Shown here in pieces: positions 13,983 to 28,267 of a stretch of 64,000 bases of DNA. This DNA is from the human T2T-CHM13v2.0 reference genome, Homo sapiens. The position numbers and the translations under genes are program-made. The notes under the pieces were generated by a model. It did not search any database, was not told where the DNA came from, and saw only the letters and a list, made by a program, of their open reading frames with translations. The stretch is taken from the NCBI RefSeq assembly GCF_009914755.1, contig NC_060925.1; one strand, written 5' to 3'. Each line of letters opens with the position of its first letter. Positions within the stretch are counted from its first letter, which is position 1.

Positions 13983-15605
13983 GAATAAGCACTCTTTTTT
14001 AAAATGTTATCACAGTATTAGAAATTATCCACTGTTTGATCCCTCCAGTTATCTCAGAAATCCATTTTTAAATAGTTTGTTTGCATCAGGATCTAAATAA
14101 GGTCCATATCCACATGTTGCAATTAGTTGACAGGTCTCTAAAATATCTTTTAATCTATAGGTGCCTCCTCCATTTTTTCCTTGCCTCTTCTAACTCATTT
14201 GTTGAAGAGAGCAGTTTGTCTTGAGAATTTTCCACAGTGTGAATGTTGCTGATGGCATCTCTGTGGTGTCATTTACCATGTTATTTTGTCCTCCGTATTT
14301 CCTGTAAGTTGATAATTAGATGTAATTAGATAAAAGTTTGCTTGCATTGTGACCTTATTCTGGTTTTTTCTTTATTTCTTTGTTTTTGGTTTCTTTTTTA
14401 GGATAATTCACATGTGGTTCTGTGTGTTTTCATCACAAAATACATATTGTCTGGTTATCTGTTTATCAATAGCAACTATTTATGAACTGCCTAAATTCAT
14501 TAATTGATCAGAGATTGTCCAGTAGTTATATTCTATCATCTTCTTTTTACTAACTGGAAAACTTCTGTAAAGAGAAGCTTCCTCTCATCAATGATTTGAT
14601 TTCCCTAAAGTACATTTCATATACGAATGGCGAAAGGAATTAATTTTTTCCTTTTTTTAACTGATTTAAAAACAGTAAGTTGGATTTCTAATATCTCCTA
14701 AAGTTAACCAGTAAGGTTTTTTCCAAATATTTTTATAAATTCAGGGATTCATGCATGTTCTGTGTGTTCAAGTCCATTACAGTTATTATCCTTAATGATA
14801 TTCCAATTGTCCCTTCATTGGCCAGAGCAAGCTTCTAAAAGTTAGATCACTTCCTTTTGACCTGACTCTTTGAGAGCTAGATTGATTGATTGATTGATTG
14901 ATCTCTTGTATGACAACATGTTCTGGAATCCATCTTGCACATTTATTACTCCATACCTGGAATTAGCCATTTTTTAAGGAGCCCTGTGTCTTTCAGTAAG
15001 AAACAGTATTGAGAGACCCTGATCTGGGCTCTAGGAGTGCTGTTGCTTTCTTCAGCTCCATTGTCTGGCCGTGTCCTGGTTTGTTCACCTTCTCCTATTG
15101 GTGGGTATTTGTGCTGCATGTAATACATATCCTGTGCATACATCTTTGGGTATCTTTCTTGAGATCGATTGCCAGAAGTAGGATAATTGGAGCAAAAGGT
15201 AAATTTATACATCATTTTTCTGGACAATGCCAAATTCCTCTTTATAGGGGTTGTACCATTTTATATTCCCACCAGCAATGACCGACAGTGCCCATTTCCC
15301 CACAGCATTGCTAATTACATGATATTGTCAAACTTTGGGATTTTTTCCAATTTGATAAATGAGAAATCATATTAGTGCAGTTTTAAATTTCATTTTTCTC
15401 TTATGAATGAGATTGAGCATATAGTGAAGTGCTATTTGCATTTCTCTTCCTGTGAACTCTGACCATATCTCTAGTCCATTTTCTATACAATCATTGGTCT
15501 TTTGTTTCTCTATTTTTCTAATCTTTTCTATATTAGGGATATTAATCCTTTGAGTTATAATTTACATTTTTAAAATTTTATTTGCCTTTTTACTTTGCTT
15601 AAGAC

Positions 15606-15906
15606 TTTTTGTTTGTTTGTTTTTGAGATGGAGTCTCACTCTGTCACCCAGGCTAGAGTGCAGTGGCACAATCTCAGCTCACTGCAACCTCCACCTTGCA
15701 GATTCAAGCAATTCTCATGCCTCAGCCTCCTGAGTAACTGAGATTACAGATGCACACCACCACACCCAGCTAATTCTTGTATTTTTTTGTAGAGGCAGGG
15801 TTTCACCATATTGGCCAGGCTGGTCTCGAACTCTTGACCTTAAGTGATCTGCCCACCTCAGCCTTCAAAGTGCTGGGACTACACGCGTGAGCCACTGCAC
15901 CTGGCC
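15606..15906 (-). mobile_element. AluS (Sx/Sz-like)
   Basis: full-length antisense Alu, (TTTG)n tail. Confidence 0.9.
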
Positions 15907-17407
15907 AGATTTTCTTAATGATACAAAAGTTCTTATTTTTATAGAATCATCTTTATAAGTTTTTTTCTGATTTTTTTCTGGATTTTGAAAGAAACCATTT
16001 AAGAAAATGCATATGGTTGTTTTTTACGTATGTAAATATTTCAGAGTGATGTATTCCAATTTTTTAAAGCAAATGAATTCTTATTTTGTCATTGTGAAAA
16101 CCTAAGGTACTCAGGACTTGACATGAAATAGACCTTCAGTGAGTGTATATGCATAAATACGTAGCAGGCTGTATCCTTTTTCATTAAACGATACTGTGTC
16201 GCTGGCCTGGTCGACTGAGTCCTTGATAGCTCTATATCCATATGTCATCAATGCCTGTATGCAGAGTTTATCTTTTGTCAGTTAAGGACAAGCTGTACAG
16301 TGTGGCTCCCATTATTTAATAATGGTGACTATGACCCTGTAAATGTTCGTATCTCATTTTCATACGACTTCTGGTTCAAGTACAAAATACCACGCTGTGG
16401 ACCCATTCACAAAGCCATAAGGGTGCCTACCCCTGTCTTCCTCTCTCCATTCATTCATTTTTTGTTTAACAACATTCCTTTGTTGAATACCTGCTATGTG
16501 CTAGACACCAGCAGAGCAGTTTACAATTTATTCTATTTATCTGTTAACCTACACTCATTGAGATCTTAAGAGACCTATCAGCTATAACAAAAAAAGGAGC
16601 ACTCAGTTCAAATTCACATTGGTTACTTTGTAGGCTATGTGTTAGATGTATTGAAAATATGTATAGCTGTTTTAAGGATATTGTTCTTTGCTAGTTAATT
16701 CTTTACTAGCATGGAACACAGTTTTTTAAAAAAAAAAAAACAAAAAACCTAAATGCACATGTTGCTATGTCATTTATCATCAGTAGTTGGATTACTTAGG
16801 AACCATAATGATCTTCCTTGCTGCTATTGCTTACATTGCGACTTTTCTTCTTTCCCCAGGAAATAGGATCTTATTAAAAATATTCAGTCCCATAGCAAAA
16901 TATCATTTCTCTGTGTAAGCTTGATGTTTTCAGTATTCAAACTATTTTATGTGGTTTGTAAAGTTGACAAAACAGTGGCTTCTGGAATGAAGCATGTTTT
17001 GAGCCTACACACTGTGAGACCTATGACTTTAATATTTAGCAGTGATAGAGAAAACCACCCAAGGAATGCTTATTTAATGGGCAGGAAATTTTCGAGGCTA
17101 TGAGACCTGACATTTTGTCTTTTTTGTCAGCGCCGTCCCATAGTGCCTGATGCATGTTGTTTTTCTCATAGAAGGAACGTGGGAATGCTGCCGCAGGCCA
17201 GAGCAGGTGGGAGGAGTGTGGAGCCCATCCTGGCTCTGGGATGACCAAAGGCCAGCACACAGTTTCCAGGGCCTCTACATATTTGTTCCTCAAAGGGAAC
17301 TGAGGACTCAGCTCCGCAGGCCATGGTGGAGAATAGGTGAAAGAGCCCATGATGAATAACTATTTATTGAAAATCTACCACACACGTGACATTGTCCTAG
17401 ATATGAT

Positions 17408-17580
17408 AGTCCCTTGGTACTCAAAGTGTGGTCCCTAGACAGACCAGCTTTGACATTACCTGACAGCTTATTAGAAATGCAGAATCTCAGGGCCTGCCCC
17501 CAGAGAGACTCACTGAGTCAGACTGCATTTTAACAAGATCTTGGGCATTTGTACCACACACTGCGTCTGAGAAGCATTCT
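17408..17580. mobile_element. MER5A hAT-Charlie
   Basis: tactcaaagtgtggtcc...ttattagaaatgcagaatctcaggg...ctgcattttaacaagatc. Confidence 0.75.
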
Positions 17581-20544
17581 ATGGAGAACACCAAGGTGGG
17601 CACAGTCCCTGCGAAAAAGCAACCCTGCAACAGGAGGGAAGCTACATAATCATAATGTTATGAATCTAAACAATACATCGAGGGAGAGTAAAAGACACAG
17701 GAATGATTATGAGACAAATACTTGCAGAAGGAGGAGGGAGCTCTACAAGATGGGGTGACCAGGAAAGGCATTCTGGGGTGGGGGTGTACGCTGGTTCTGG
17801 GAAGTTGGGTAGGATTAGAGCCAAGGAGAAGGAGAGGACACTTTGGGAGGCAAAACCATCACCAGAGGTGAGAAGGGACACCCGAGATGTGTCCCAGGAT
17901 CGCTGAATATCCAAATGTGTCTGAAGCCAATCGCATTGCTCAGCTCTTTGCTGGACTCTTCACTACGAGGAGTAGAAAGAGGCAGCCCTGCAGAAAAGTG
18001 AATGTTCTAGGAGACTAGCAAATACATTTCATTTTGTAATTTTAAGTTAGGCCATTCCAAAAGGTCTATTTATTATTCATTAATTAGTAGCTTGTGTAGT
18101 ACCTAAGGCATTAATGCTTCTTCTGGGGTGGAACCCTTGGCTAGCCTGCCTTCACATGGCTGGGGCACTCCAGTGACCTCTGTCCTGGATGCTGAGCTGA
18201 CTGCTCCTCCCCTGGGGCCACTCTGAAAAGCCATCTCTGCTTTACAGAATACCCAGGGGTGATGGCAGGGACTTGGAAGGGGATACTTAAGGAGTCCTCA
18301 AATGTGGACCTAAGGTATTGATTCTGAAGATATTCAGTGCTGTGTTACCATTCATCACATCACCATTTGGATACCCGCTGAATTGCAGGTCTGTGCCAAT
18401 AATGCATTGATTTTATAATATGTTTGCTCTGTTATTATCCCTGTATGAAGAAGAGATTGTCCCCTTTTGTTTCAAATTCTAACCATTTTTTTATCATCAC
18501 TCTCTTTGAGCAACTCATGATGTCCTGCTGGTTTTAACGTTCACTGTCTGTAAAAAGATTCCTAGTTTACCTACTGACTGCCATAGGCTGAGTGCCGCGT
18601 AGACAGTTTGTCTGAAGGCAGCATTTTAAGGAGGTCCCCACTAACAGAGATAGAAACAGGCACCAGGGAAGGGTTGCTGGCAATATACTCAGCTGCAGCG
18701 AATGTTCTTACCTACAGGTGTTTGGAGTGTGATTCACCCAGCAGGGCGCAGATTGACTAAGCAGTCTCATTGCATTAATATCCCTGGCACCTCATTTGAG
18801 GTGAGATATGACTTGCTTCAAAGCATTGCTCAAGCATGCAGTGGGCTCCGCTCTGCTGAGTCAGACTCATGATGTTGGCCAAATGCTCCTGGCTTTGGCT
18901 GTCAAGACCAAGTGAACTTTAACAACTGACCAGTATTTGTTTTTTAAGGCATGGCCAGCAAACAGAGATTCAGCGGAAGGACTGATGCCAAATTTCAGTG
19001 GATGCGTAGCAAACCCTGAGCAAAGGGCTGACTTTGCCCCTCTGCTCTGAGAAGGAGACAAGCTGGGTGCCGTCTCCTAGCCCTGATCTCTCCTCCCAGT
19101 CCTTCTGAATTCTTGCCCTAGGCCAACCTGGCACCTCATTTGAGGTGAGATGTGACATGTGCCCTGAGACTCTGAAGTGTCAAGTGGTAGGTGGAGAGGG
19201 AGCACATGCCATCAGGATCTCAGATAGTCTGTTCTGTTGACACAACTTGGGTCTGATCATGGGTCCACCATCTTAATAATTATTTTAAATAACACTGGTA
19301 GTTGTAGGGACTCCGTAAAGTCAACATGCTGGACCAGGTATCCCATGTACATTAGCTCCTTTAAACCTCACAGCAACCTGCAGGGTAGGTATTATTGACA
19401 TATTGATGGAATACTATGGGAAGAGGCCCCATAGTGAGCCTGAGACTTCAGAAATGCTCAGGGCTGTGGAGCTCCTTCCTTTTTGGTTGTTGTTGTTTGG
19501 TTGGTTCTGATGTGCTCTCACTCTTTGCTTTCTAACCTGGCTCTGCATCCTGTGTCTCTCTCATTCCTCCTTCCCCATCTCAGGTACTCTAGCTTTTCCT
19601 GCCCTCCCTTGCACAGCCAGACCTCCTGGCTCTGTGGATCCAGGGGAATTGGCCTGAATCACAGAGAAACTCCCTTATCAGGAAGGGGAAATTGATGATG
19701 GGCTCTTGTCAATGTTGATGCTTTCCATCTGCACCTCTTTAGGGATACCAGCTGCTGCCTGCCAGCCCCAGGTGATGTGAAAGGAACAAGCAACCAACCA
19801 CCACACAGCGGTTTGTAAATTGTATACTATACCTAAAGTTCCCAACCTCCTAGGCGAATGGAAAACCCACCATTCTCACTTGCACAAATGCAAAGTTGTT
19901 CAAGAAGTGACTCAAATGGGGAAGAAGAGAGGATCCCAGGCACAGAAGGTATGAAAGAGCAGCTCCAAGGAGAGGGGGGAAAATGGCGGACAGGAGGCAG
20001 GACTAAATTGCAGCTTTCACTCGGATGGATAGAGCAGCATGTCGGGAGTCACATTGTGAACTTCTGCTCCAAGAACTACTGCAGGAATATACCAGGAAAG
20101 CCAAGAGAATCCACAGACCCTTTGAAGGAAGCGGATTACTCCCGCAGGACCCAGGAGACAGCCCAAATACTGTGCATGCCCAAACTGTGAAAGTGGGAAA
20201 GGAGGATCATCCGCCCATGAACGCGTGCCCTCACTGGGGAACCTGAAAGTCCAGATCATGGGAGAAGGATTTGAGCTGAGACAATGTAGACACCTGAGTG
20301 AACTACAGAGGTAGAGGAAGCAGCAGGAAAAGCCCTGCAGTCTCTCTGGGTCCCCATGTAAGCCATTTCTGACTTGTCTCACAGGGGTCCCTGGGGAGGG
20401 CTGCCAGAGGAACTGGGAAAAGACTACAGGGAGAAGGAAACCTCCAGCTGAACTTTGTAACAATTACAACCAGAGTTTCCTAGCCAGAACTCCGGGTAGG
20501 GCATGAATCTGATGTGCAGACTCAACAGGTGGGGAGGCATGAAA

Positions 20545-21156
<612 letters not shown>

Positions 21157-22789
21157 TCAGACATGCCTAGCCGTGCCCCCACCTGATGGTCCTTCCCTAC
21201 TCACCCTGGTAGCTGAAAACAAAGGGCATATTCTCTTGGGAGTTCTAGGGCTCTGCCCACCACCTGACCCTCCCTTTACTACCACAGCTGATGCTCTCTC
21301 GAAAGCGCCACCTCCTGGCAGGAGGGCAACCAGCACAAAACTACAATAAACAACAATAATATAATTAAGGACCCTCCCAGAGTCCATTTCACTCCCCTGC
21401 CACCGCCACTGGAGCAAGTGCTGGTATCCATGGCTGAGAGACCTAAAGATAGTTTATATCACAGGACTCTATGCAGACATCTCCTAGTACCAGCCCAGAG
21501 CCTGGTAGCCCATCTGGGTGGCTAGATCCAGAAGAGAAATAACAATTACTACCGTTCGGCTCTCAGGAAGCCACATCCCTAGGAAAAGGGGGAGAGGAGA
21601 GTACTACATCCAAGGGAGCACCCCATGGGACAAAAGAATCTGAACAGCAGCCTTGAGCCCCAGATCTTCCCTCTGACATAGCCTACCCAAATGAGAAGGA
21701 ACCAGAAAAATAATTCTGGCAATATGACAAAACAAGGTTCTTTAACACCTCAAAAAAGAAAAAGAAAAAAAACACTAGCTCACCAGCAACAAATCCAAAC
21801 CAAGAAATGCTTGAATTGCCAGAACAAGAATTCAGAAGGTTGATTATTAAGCTAATCAAGGAGGTACCAGAGAAAGGTGAAGTCCGACTTAAGGAAATTT
21901 TTAAAAATATACGAGATATAAAGGGAGAAATCTTCAGTGAGATAGATAGCATAAATAAAAAATAGTCACAACTTCAGGAAATAAAGGACACACTTAGAGA
22001 AATGCAAGATGTACTGGAAAGTCTCAGCAATAGAATCAAACAAGCAGAAGAAAGAACTTCAGAGCTCGAAGACAAGGTTTTGAAATAACTCAATCCAACA
22101 CAGACAAAAAAAAAAAAAGAATTTTTAAAAAATTAACAAAGCCTCCGAGAAGTCTGGGGTTATGTTAAATTACCAAACCTAAGAATTGGCATTCCTGAGG
22201 AAGAAGAGAAATCTAGAAGTTTGGAAGACATATTTGGGGGAATAATTAAGGAGAACTTCCTCAGCCTTGCTAGAGAGCTAGACATCCAAATACAAGAAGC
22301 TCAAAGAACACCTGGGAAATTCATCACAAAAAGATCCTCACCTAGGCACATAGTTATCAAGTTATCCAAAGTCAAGACAAAGGAAAGAATCGTAAGAGCT
22401 GTAAGGCAAAAGCATCAGATACCTATAAAGGAAAACCTATCAGATTAACAGCAGATTTCTCAACAGAAACCATACAAGCTAGAAGGGATTGGGGCCCTAT
22501 ATTCAGCCTCCTTAAACAAAACAATTATCAGCCAAGAATTTTGTACCCAGTGAAACTAAGCTTCATAAATGAAGGAAAGATAGTCTTTTTCAGACAAACA
22601 CACACTAAGAGAATTCATCACTACCAAGCCAGCACTACAAGAACTGCTAAAAGGAGCTCTAAATCTTGAAACAAATCCTGGAAACACACCAAAACAGAAC
22701 CTCTTTAAAGCATGGGTCTCACGGGATCTATACAACAAAAACACACACAAAAAAACCGAGGTATTCAAGCAACAAATAGCATGATGAAT

Positions 22790-25700
22790 TGAATAGTACC
22801 TCACATCTCAATACTAACATTGAATGTAAATGGTCTAAATGCTCTGCTTAAAAAATACAGAATTGCAGAATGGATAAGAATTCACCAACTAAGTGTCTGC
22901 TACCTTTAAGAGACTCACCTAACACATAAGGACTCACATAAACTTAAGGTAAAGGGGTGGAAAAAGATATTACATGTAAATGGACACCAAAAGTGAGTAG
23001 GAATAGCTATTCTTATATCAGACAAAACAAACTTGAAAGCAACAGCAGTTAAAAAAGACAAAGAGGGACATTATATAATGATGAAAGGCCTTAACAGGAA
23101 AATGTCACAATCATCCTAAATATACATGCACCTAATGCTGGAGCTCCCAAATTTATAAAACAAATACTGCTAGACATAAGAAATGGGATAGCAACACAAT
23201 AATAGTGGGGGACTTCAATATTCCACTGACAGCACTAGACAAATCATCAAGACAGAAAGTCAACAAAGACATACTGGGTTTAAACTATACCCTAGAACAA
23301 CTTGACTTAACGGATATTTTACAGAATATTCTACCCAACAACCACAGAATATACATTCTATTTCATCAGTGTGGCCGACTGCCACAGCTACTACTTGAGA
23401 CCCTCATTGCAGCAATTATTACTGTTACTGCTTGAGACCGTCATTACAAGACTGAACAAAGGGATGAACGTAGAAATGGTAACAAAAAACAAAAGTAACT
23501 ATTTTAAGGAAAGGCTAGCATGGGGAAGAAGAAGAGAAGAGAAAAAGAAAAGAAAAGGGCTCCCTGCTTCTAGTGAGCAAAGGCAGCTGCCGAGCTTCCA
23601 CAGCCCTTCTTATATATTAGGTAACAAGAGCAAGAAGGAGGAGGTAATGATTGGTTAGCTGTTTACTTGCTCACAGGTTCTCATTATTGCTAACAGGCTT
23701 CAATTATGCCTAATCATAAGAAATACTTGTGCAGCCTCCAACACATCAGCACATGGAATTTTCTCTAAGATAGACCATATGATTGCCACAAAACAAGTCT
23801 CAATAAATTTAAGAAAACTGAAATTATGTCAAGTACTCTCTCAGACCACAGTGGAATAAAACTGGAAATTAACTCCAAAAGGAAACTTCAAAACCATGCA
23901 AATATATGAAAATTAAATAACCTGCTCCTGAATGATCACTGGGTCAAAAATAAAATCAACATGAAAATTTAAAACCTTTGAACTAAACTACAGTAATGAC
24001 ACAACTTATCAAAACCTCTGGGATACAAGCAAAGGCAGTGCTAAGAGGAAAATTCATAGCCTTAAATGCCTACATCAAAAAGTCTGAAAAAGCACAAATA
24101 GGCAATCTAAGACCACACCTCAAGGAACTAGAGAAACAAGAACAAACCACCTCCAAGCCCAGCAGAAGAAGAGAAATAACCCAGATCAGAGAAGAACTAA
24201 ATGAAATTGAAACAACAACAAAAAAAAATACGAAAGACAAATGAAACAAAAAGCTGGTTCTTTGAAAAGATAAATAAAATTGATAGACCATTAGAAAGAT
24301 TAACCAAGAAAAGAAGAGAGAAGATCCAAATAAGCACAGCTGGAAATGAAATGGGAGATATTACAACCAACGCCACAGAAATACAAAAGATCATTCAAGA
24401 CTACTACTGTGAACACCTTTACACACATAAACTAGAAAACCTAGAGGAGATGGATAAATTCCTGGAAATATACAACCCTCCTAGATTAAGTCAGGAAGAA
24501 TTAGAAACCCTGAACAGACCAATAACAAGGAGCAAGACTCAAATAATAATTTAAAAATTACCAACAAAAAAAAAAGTCCAGGACCAGATGGGTTCACAGC
24601 TGAATTCTATCAGACATTCAAAGAAGAATTGGTACCAATCCTATTAACACTATTCCACAAGACAGAGAAAGAGGGAATCCTCCTAAATCATTCTATGAAG
24701 TCAGTATCACCCTAATACCAAAACCAGGAAAGGACATAATAAAAAAAGAAAACTACAAACCAACATCTCTGATGAACATAGATGCAAAAATCATAAATGC
24801 TAGTGAACCAAATCCAACAGCATATCAGAAAGATAATCCACCATAATCAAGTGGGTTTCATACCAGGGATGCAGGGATGGTTTAACATATGCAAGTCAAT
24901 AAATGTAATACCACATAAAGAGAATTAAAAACAAAAATCACATGATCATCTCAATAGATGCAGAAAAAGCATTTGACAAAGTCCAGCATCTCTTTATGAT
25001 TAAAACCTTCAGCAAAATCAGCATACAAAGGATACACCTCAGTGTAGTAAAAACTGTCTATGACAAATCCACAGCCAACATAATACTGAATGGGGAAAAG
25101 TTGAAAGCATTCCTTCTGAGAACAAGACAAGGATGCCCACTCTCACTACTTCTATTCAACATAGTACTGGAGGCCCTAGCTAGAGCAATCAGACAAGAGA
25201 AACAAATAAAGGACATCCAGATCAGTAAAGAGGAAGGCAAACTGTTGCTGTTTGCTGATGATATAATCGTAAACCTAGAAAACCCTAAAGACTCCTCCAA
25301 AAAGCTCCTAGAACTGTTAAATAAATTCAGCAAATTTCAGGATACAAAATTAATGTACACAAATCAGTAGCTGTGCTATACACCAACAGCGACCAAGTTG
25401 AGAATCAAATCAAGAACTCGACCCTTTTTACAAATGCTGCAAAAATCAAATAAAATAAAATACTTTGGAATATACCTAAACAAGGTGAAAGCCATCTACA
25501 AGGAAAACTACAAAACACTGCTGAAAGAAATCATAGACAACACAAACAAATGGAAACACATCCCCTGCTTATGGATGGGTAGAATCAATATTGTGAAAAT
25601 GACCATACTGCCAAAAGCAACCTACAAATTTAATGAAATTCCCATCAAAATGCTACCATCATTCTTCACAGAACTAGTAAAAACAATCCTAACATGTGGA

Positions 25701-26930
25701 ACCAAAAAAGAGCTCACATAGCCAAAGCAAGACTAAGCAAAAAGAGCAAATCTAGAGGCATCACACTACCTGACTTCAAACTATACTATAAGGCCATAGT
25801 CACTAAAACAGCATGGTACTGGTATAAAAATAGGCACATAGACCAACGGAACAGAATACAGAACCCAGAAGTAAACCCAAATACTTATAGCCAACTGATC
25901 TTGGACAAAGCAAACAAAAACATAAAGTGTGGAAAGGCCACCCTATTCAACAAATGGTGTGGGGATAATTGGCAAGCTGCATATAGGAGGATAAAACTGA
26001 ATCTTCATCTCTCACCTTACACAAAAATCAACTCAAAATGGATCAAGGAACTAAATCAAAGATCTGAAACTATAAAAATTCTAGAAGATAACATTAGAAA
26101 AACCCTTCTAGACATTGGCTTAGGCAAAGACTTCATGACCAAGAACCCAAAAGCAAATGCAACAAAAACAAAAATAAATAGGTGGGACTTAATTGAACTA
26201 AAGAGCTTCTGCACAGCAAAAGGAAGAGTCAGCAGAGTAAAGAGACAACCAACAGAGTGGGAGAAAAATCTTCACAACTTGTAATCCTACAAAGGACTAA
26301 TATCCAGAATCTACAACAAACTCAAACAAATTAGCAAGAAAGAAACAAACAGTCCCATCAAGAAGTGGGGTAAGGACATGAATAGACAGTTCTCAAAAGA
26401 AGATATACAAATGGCCAACAAACATATGAAAAAATGCTCAACATCACTAATGATAAAGGAAATGTAAATGAAAACCGCAATACAATACCATCTTACTCCT
26501 GCAAGAATAGCCATAAATCATAAAAGCAAAAAATAATAGATGTTGGCATGGATATGGTGAAAAGGGAACACTTCTACACTGTTGGTGGGAATGTAAACTA
26601 GTACAACCACTATGGAAAACAGTGTTTTATTTAAAGTTTAATAGTTAAAGAAATAAAAGTAGAACTTCCATTTGATCCAAAAGTCCCATTACTGGGTATA
26701 TACCCAGAGGAAAAGAAGTCATTATAAAAAAAAAGATACTTGCATACGCAAGCTTATAGCAGCACAATTCGCAATTGCAAAAAATATGGAACCAGCCCTA
26801 ATGCTCATCAATCAATGAGTGGATAAACACATTGTTTATGGAATACTACTCAGCCATAAAAAGGAAAGAACTAATGGCATTTGCGCTACCTGGATGGAGC
26901 TGGTAACTATTATTCTAAGAGAAGTGACTC
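22790..26930 (+). pseudogene. Frameshifted L1 ORF2 (endonuclease / reverse transcriptase)
   Basis: ORF-track fragments GDFNIPL (endonuclease), [24 protein letters not shown] (25251), [13 protein letters not shown]; many stops and frameshifts. Confidence 0.92.
23370..23743 (-). mobile_element. Solo LTR (LTR32-like, ERVL) inserted in L1 ORF2
   Basis: TG...CA termini; 6-bp TSD catcag at 23364-23369 and 23744-23749; L1 sequence resumes exactly; family assignment from memory. Confidence 0.75.
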
Positions 26931-28267
26931 AGGAATGAAAACAACAAACATCGCATGTTCTCACTCATAAGTGGGAGCTAAGCAATGAGGATGCAAAGGC
27001 ATAAGAATAATACAGTGGAATTTGGGGACTCAGGAGAGAGGGTGGGAGGAGGGTGAGGGATAAAAGACTACAAATTGGGTTCAGCGTTTACTGCTCAGGT
27101 GATGCATGCACCAAAATCTCCCAAATCACCACTAAAGGACTTACTTATGTAACCAAATACCACCTGTTCCCCCTCAAACCTATGGAAATTTTTTAAAAAA
27201 TTAATGCAATAAAAAAAAAGAAAAGAAAGAGCAGCTTCAAGACCCACAGAGATGTCCCCAAGACCCCTTAAAGGCTTAGAAACATATGTGGGTGTCAACA
27301 TGAGAGACCCTCTAGGCATCTCCAGAATCTCTTCTACAGTGATATTGGAGGAGGTGATTCTAATAGTGAATCAGAATTCACCTCCAACACATCCTGGTCT
27401 TGGAATATTCCAATTCAAACATGGGTTTTTAACCCATGTTCCTGTTTCCTGTCCTGTTAGCCCACACTGCACCCAGTTATGCTGAGGAGCAATTAGGGCG
27501 ACAGACAGATGACGGGTTTCTACATGTTTGGAAAGAGCATATATTTTGGGAGCCACTCTTGACCACCATACTTTCAGCATCCTCCAGGCAGCTTTACTGT
27601 GGATACCCCAAGACACTTCTTTCTGAGCAGGGCACATAGCTGTGGCTCATCAAGACTGCACTCAAGCTCTGGGAGAAAAAGGGAAACCAGTTGCACCCGG
27701 AAAGCAAATCAGCAAGTGGAAAGTAACCCAAGGACACGTGTGGACAGAACCCTTCCACTGTCTCCCATTTCTTTGCCCACTGCTTTCCAGGCTGTGCCTA
27801 CCTAGGAGCAAGTATGACAGCCTTTGTCAAAAAAATCAGACCATCCCAGCCTCCTGTGTGCTCCAGCCACTTTGAGCCACAGAACCATCTGAGTACGGCA
27901 TTGCCCTCATCTCTCGCCTCACTTCCATCCAATTCCACAGTCCAATTTCTTGATTCAAACTTGACTTTATTCAGGCTTATTTGCCCCCCTTCCAAATCAC
28001 AAGCATTACTCTGGCTTTTAAAATCTAAATGTATCAAGGCTCAAGGCATGTGGGGTGGATTCCTGCCTATTCCACTGGCCTTATCTATTGCTCTATTCTT
28101 ATAGCATCAAGCTCCTTTTCACTGTGTCCCCTTTGACTGGAAGGCCCTTCTCCCCACTCTTTAAAAGATTAGCTTATCTTCCTTTAGGTTTCGGTCCAAT
28201 TTTACTTTCTCTAGAGACCATCCTGAAAACCCATTAATACCCCCCTGCAACCACGTACCTGCCACAG

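Larger units (their letters stand above)
13400..15990 (-). mobile_element. Old L1M (L1MC/L1ME-like) fragments interrupted by two Alus
   Basis: L1 antisense motifs (gtacaatgaactgccatgtatccatcacccag; ttgtaccattttatattcccaccagca). Confidence 0.6.

Noticed and set aside
16840-16862. Strong-looking splice acceptor ttttcttctttccccag
   Set aside because: No convincing downstream exon or ORF; such motifs are frequent in introns
18783-19156. CRISPR-like reading of the 30-bp palindromic direct repeats
   Set aside because: Only two copies, a 314-bp spacer, human DNA and no cas genes
24201-26284. RT-like ORFs of 107-196 aa
   Set aside because: Frameshifted pieces of the dead L1PB ORF2, not an active or novel reverse transcriptase system
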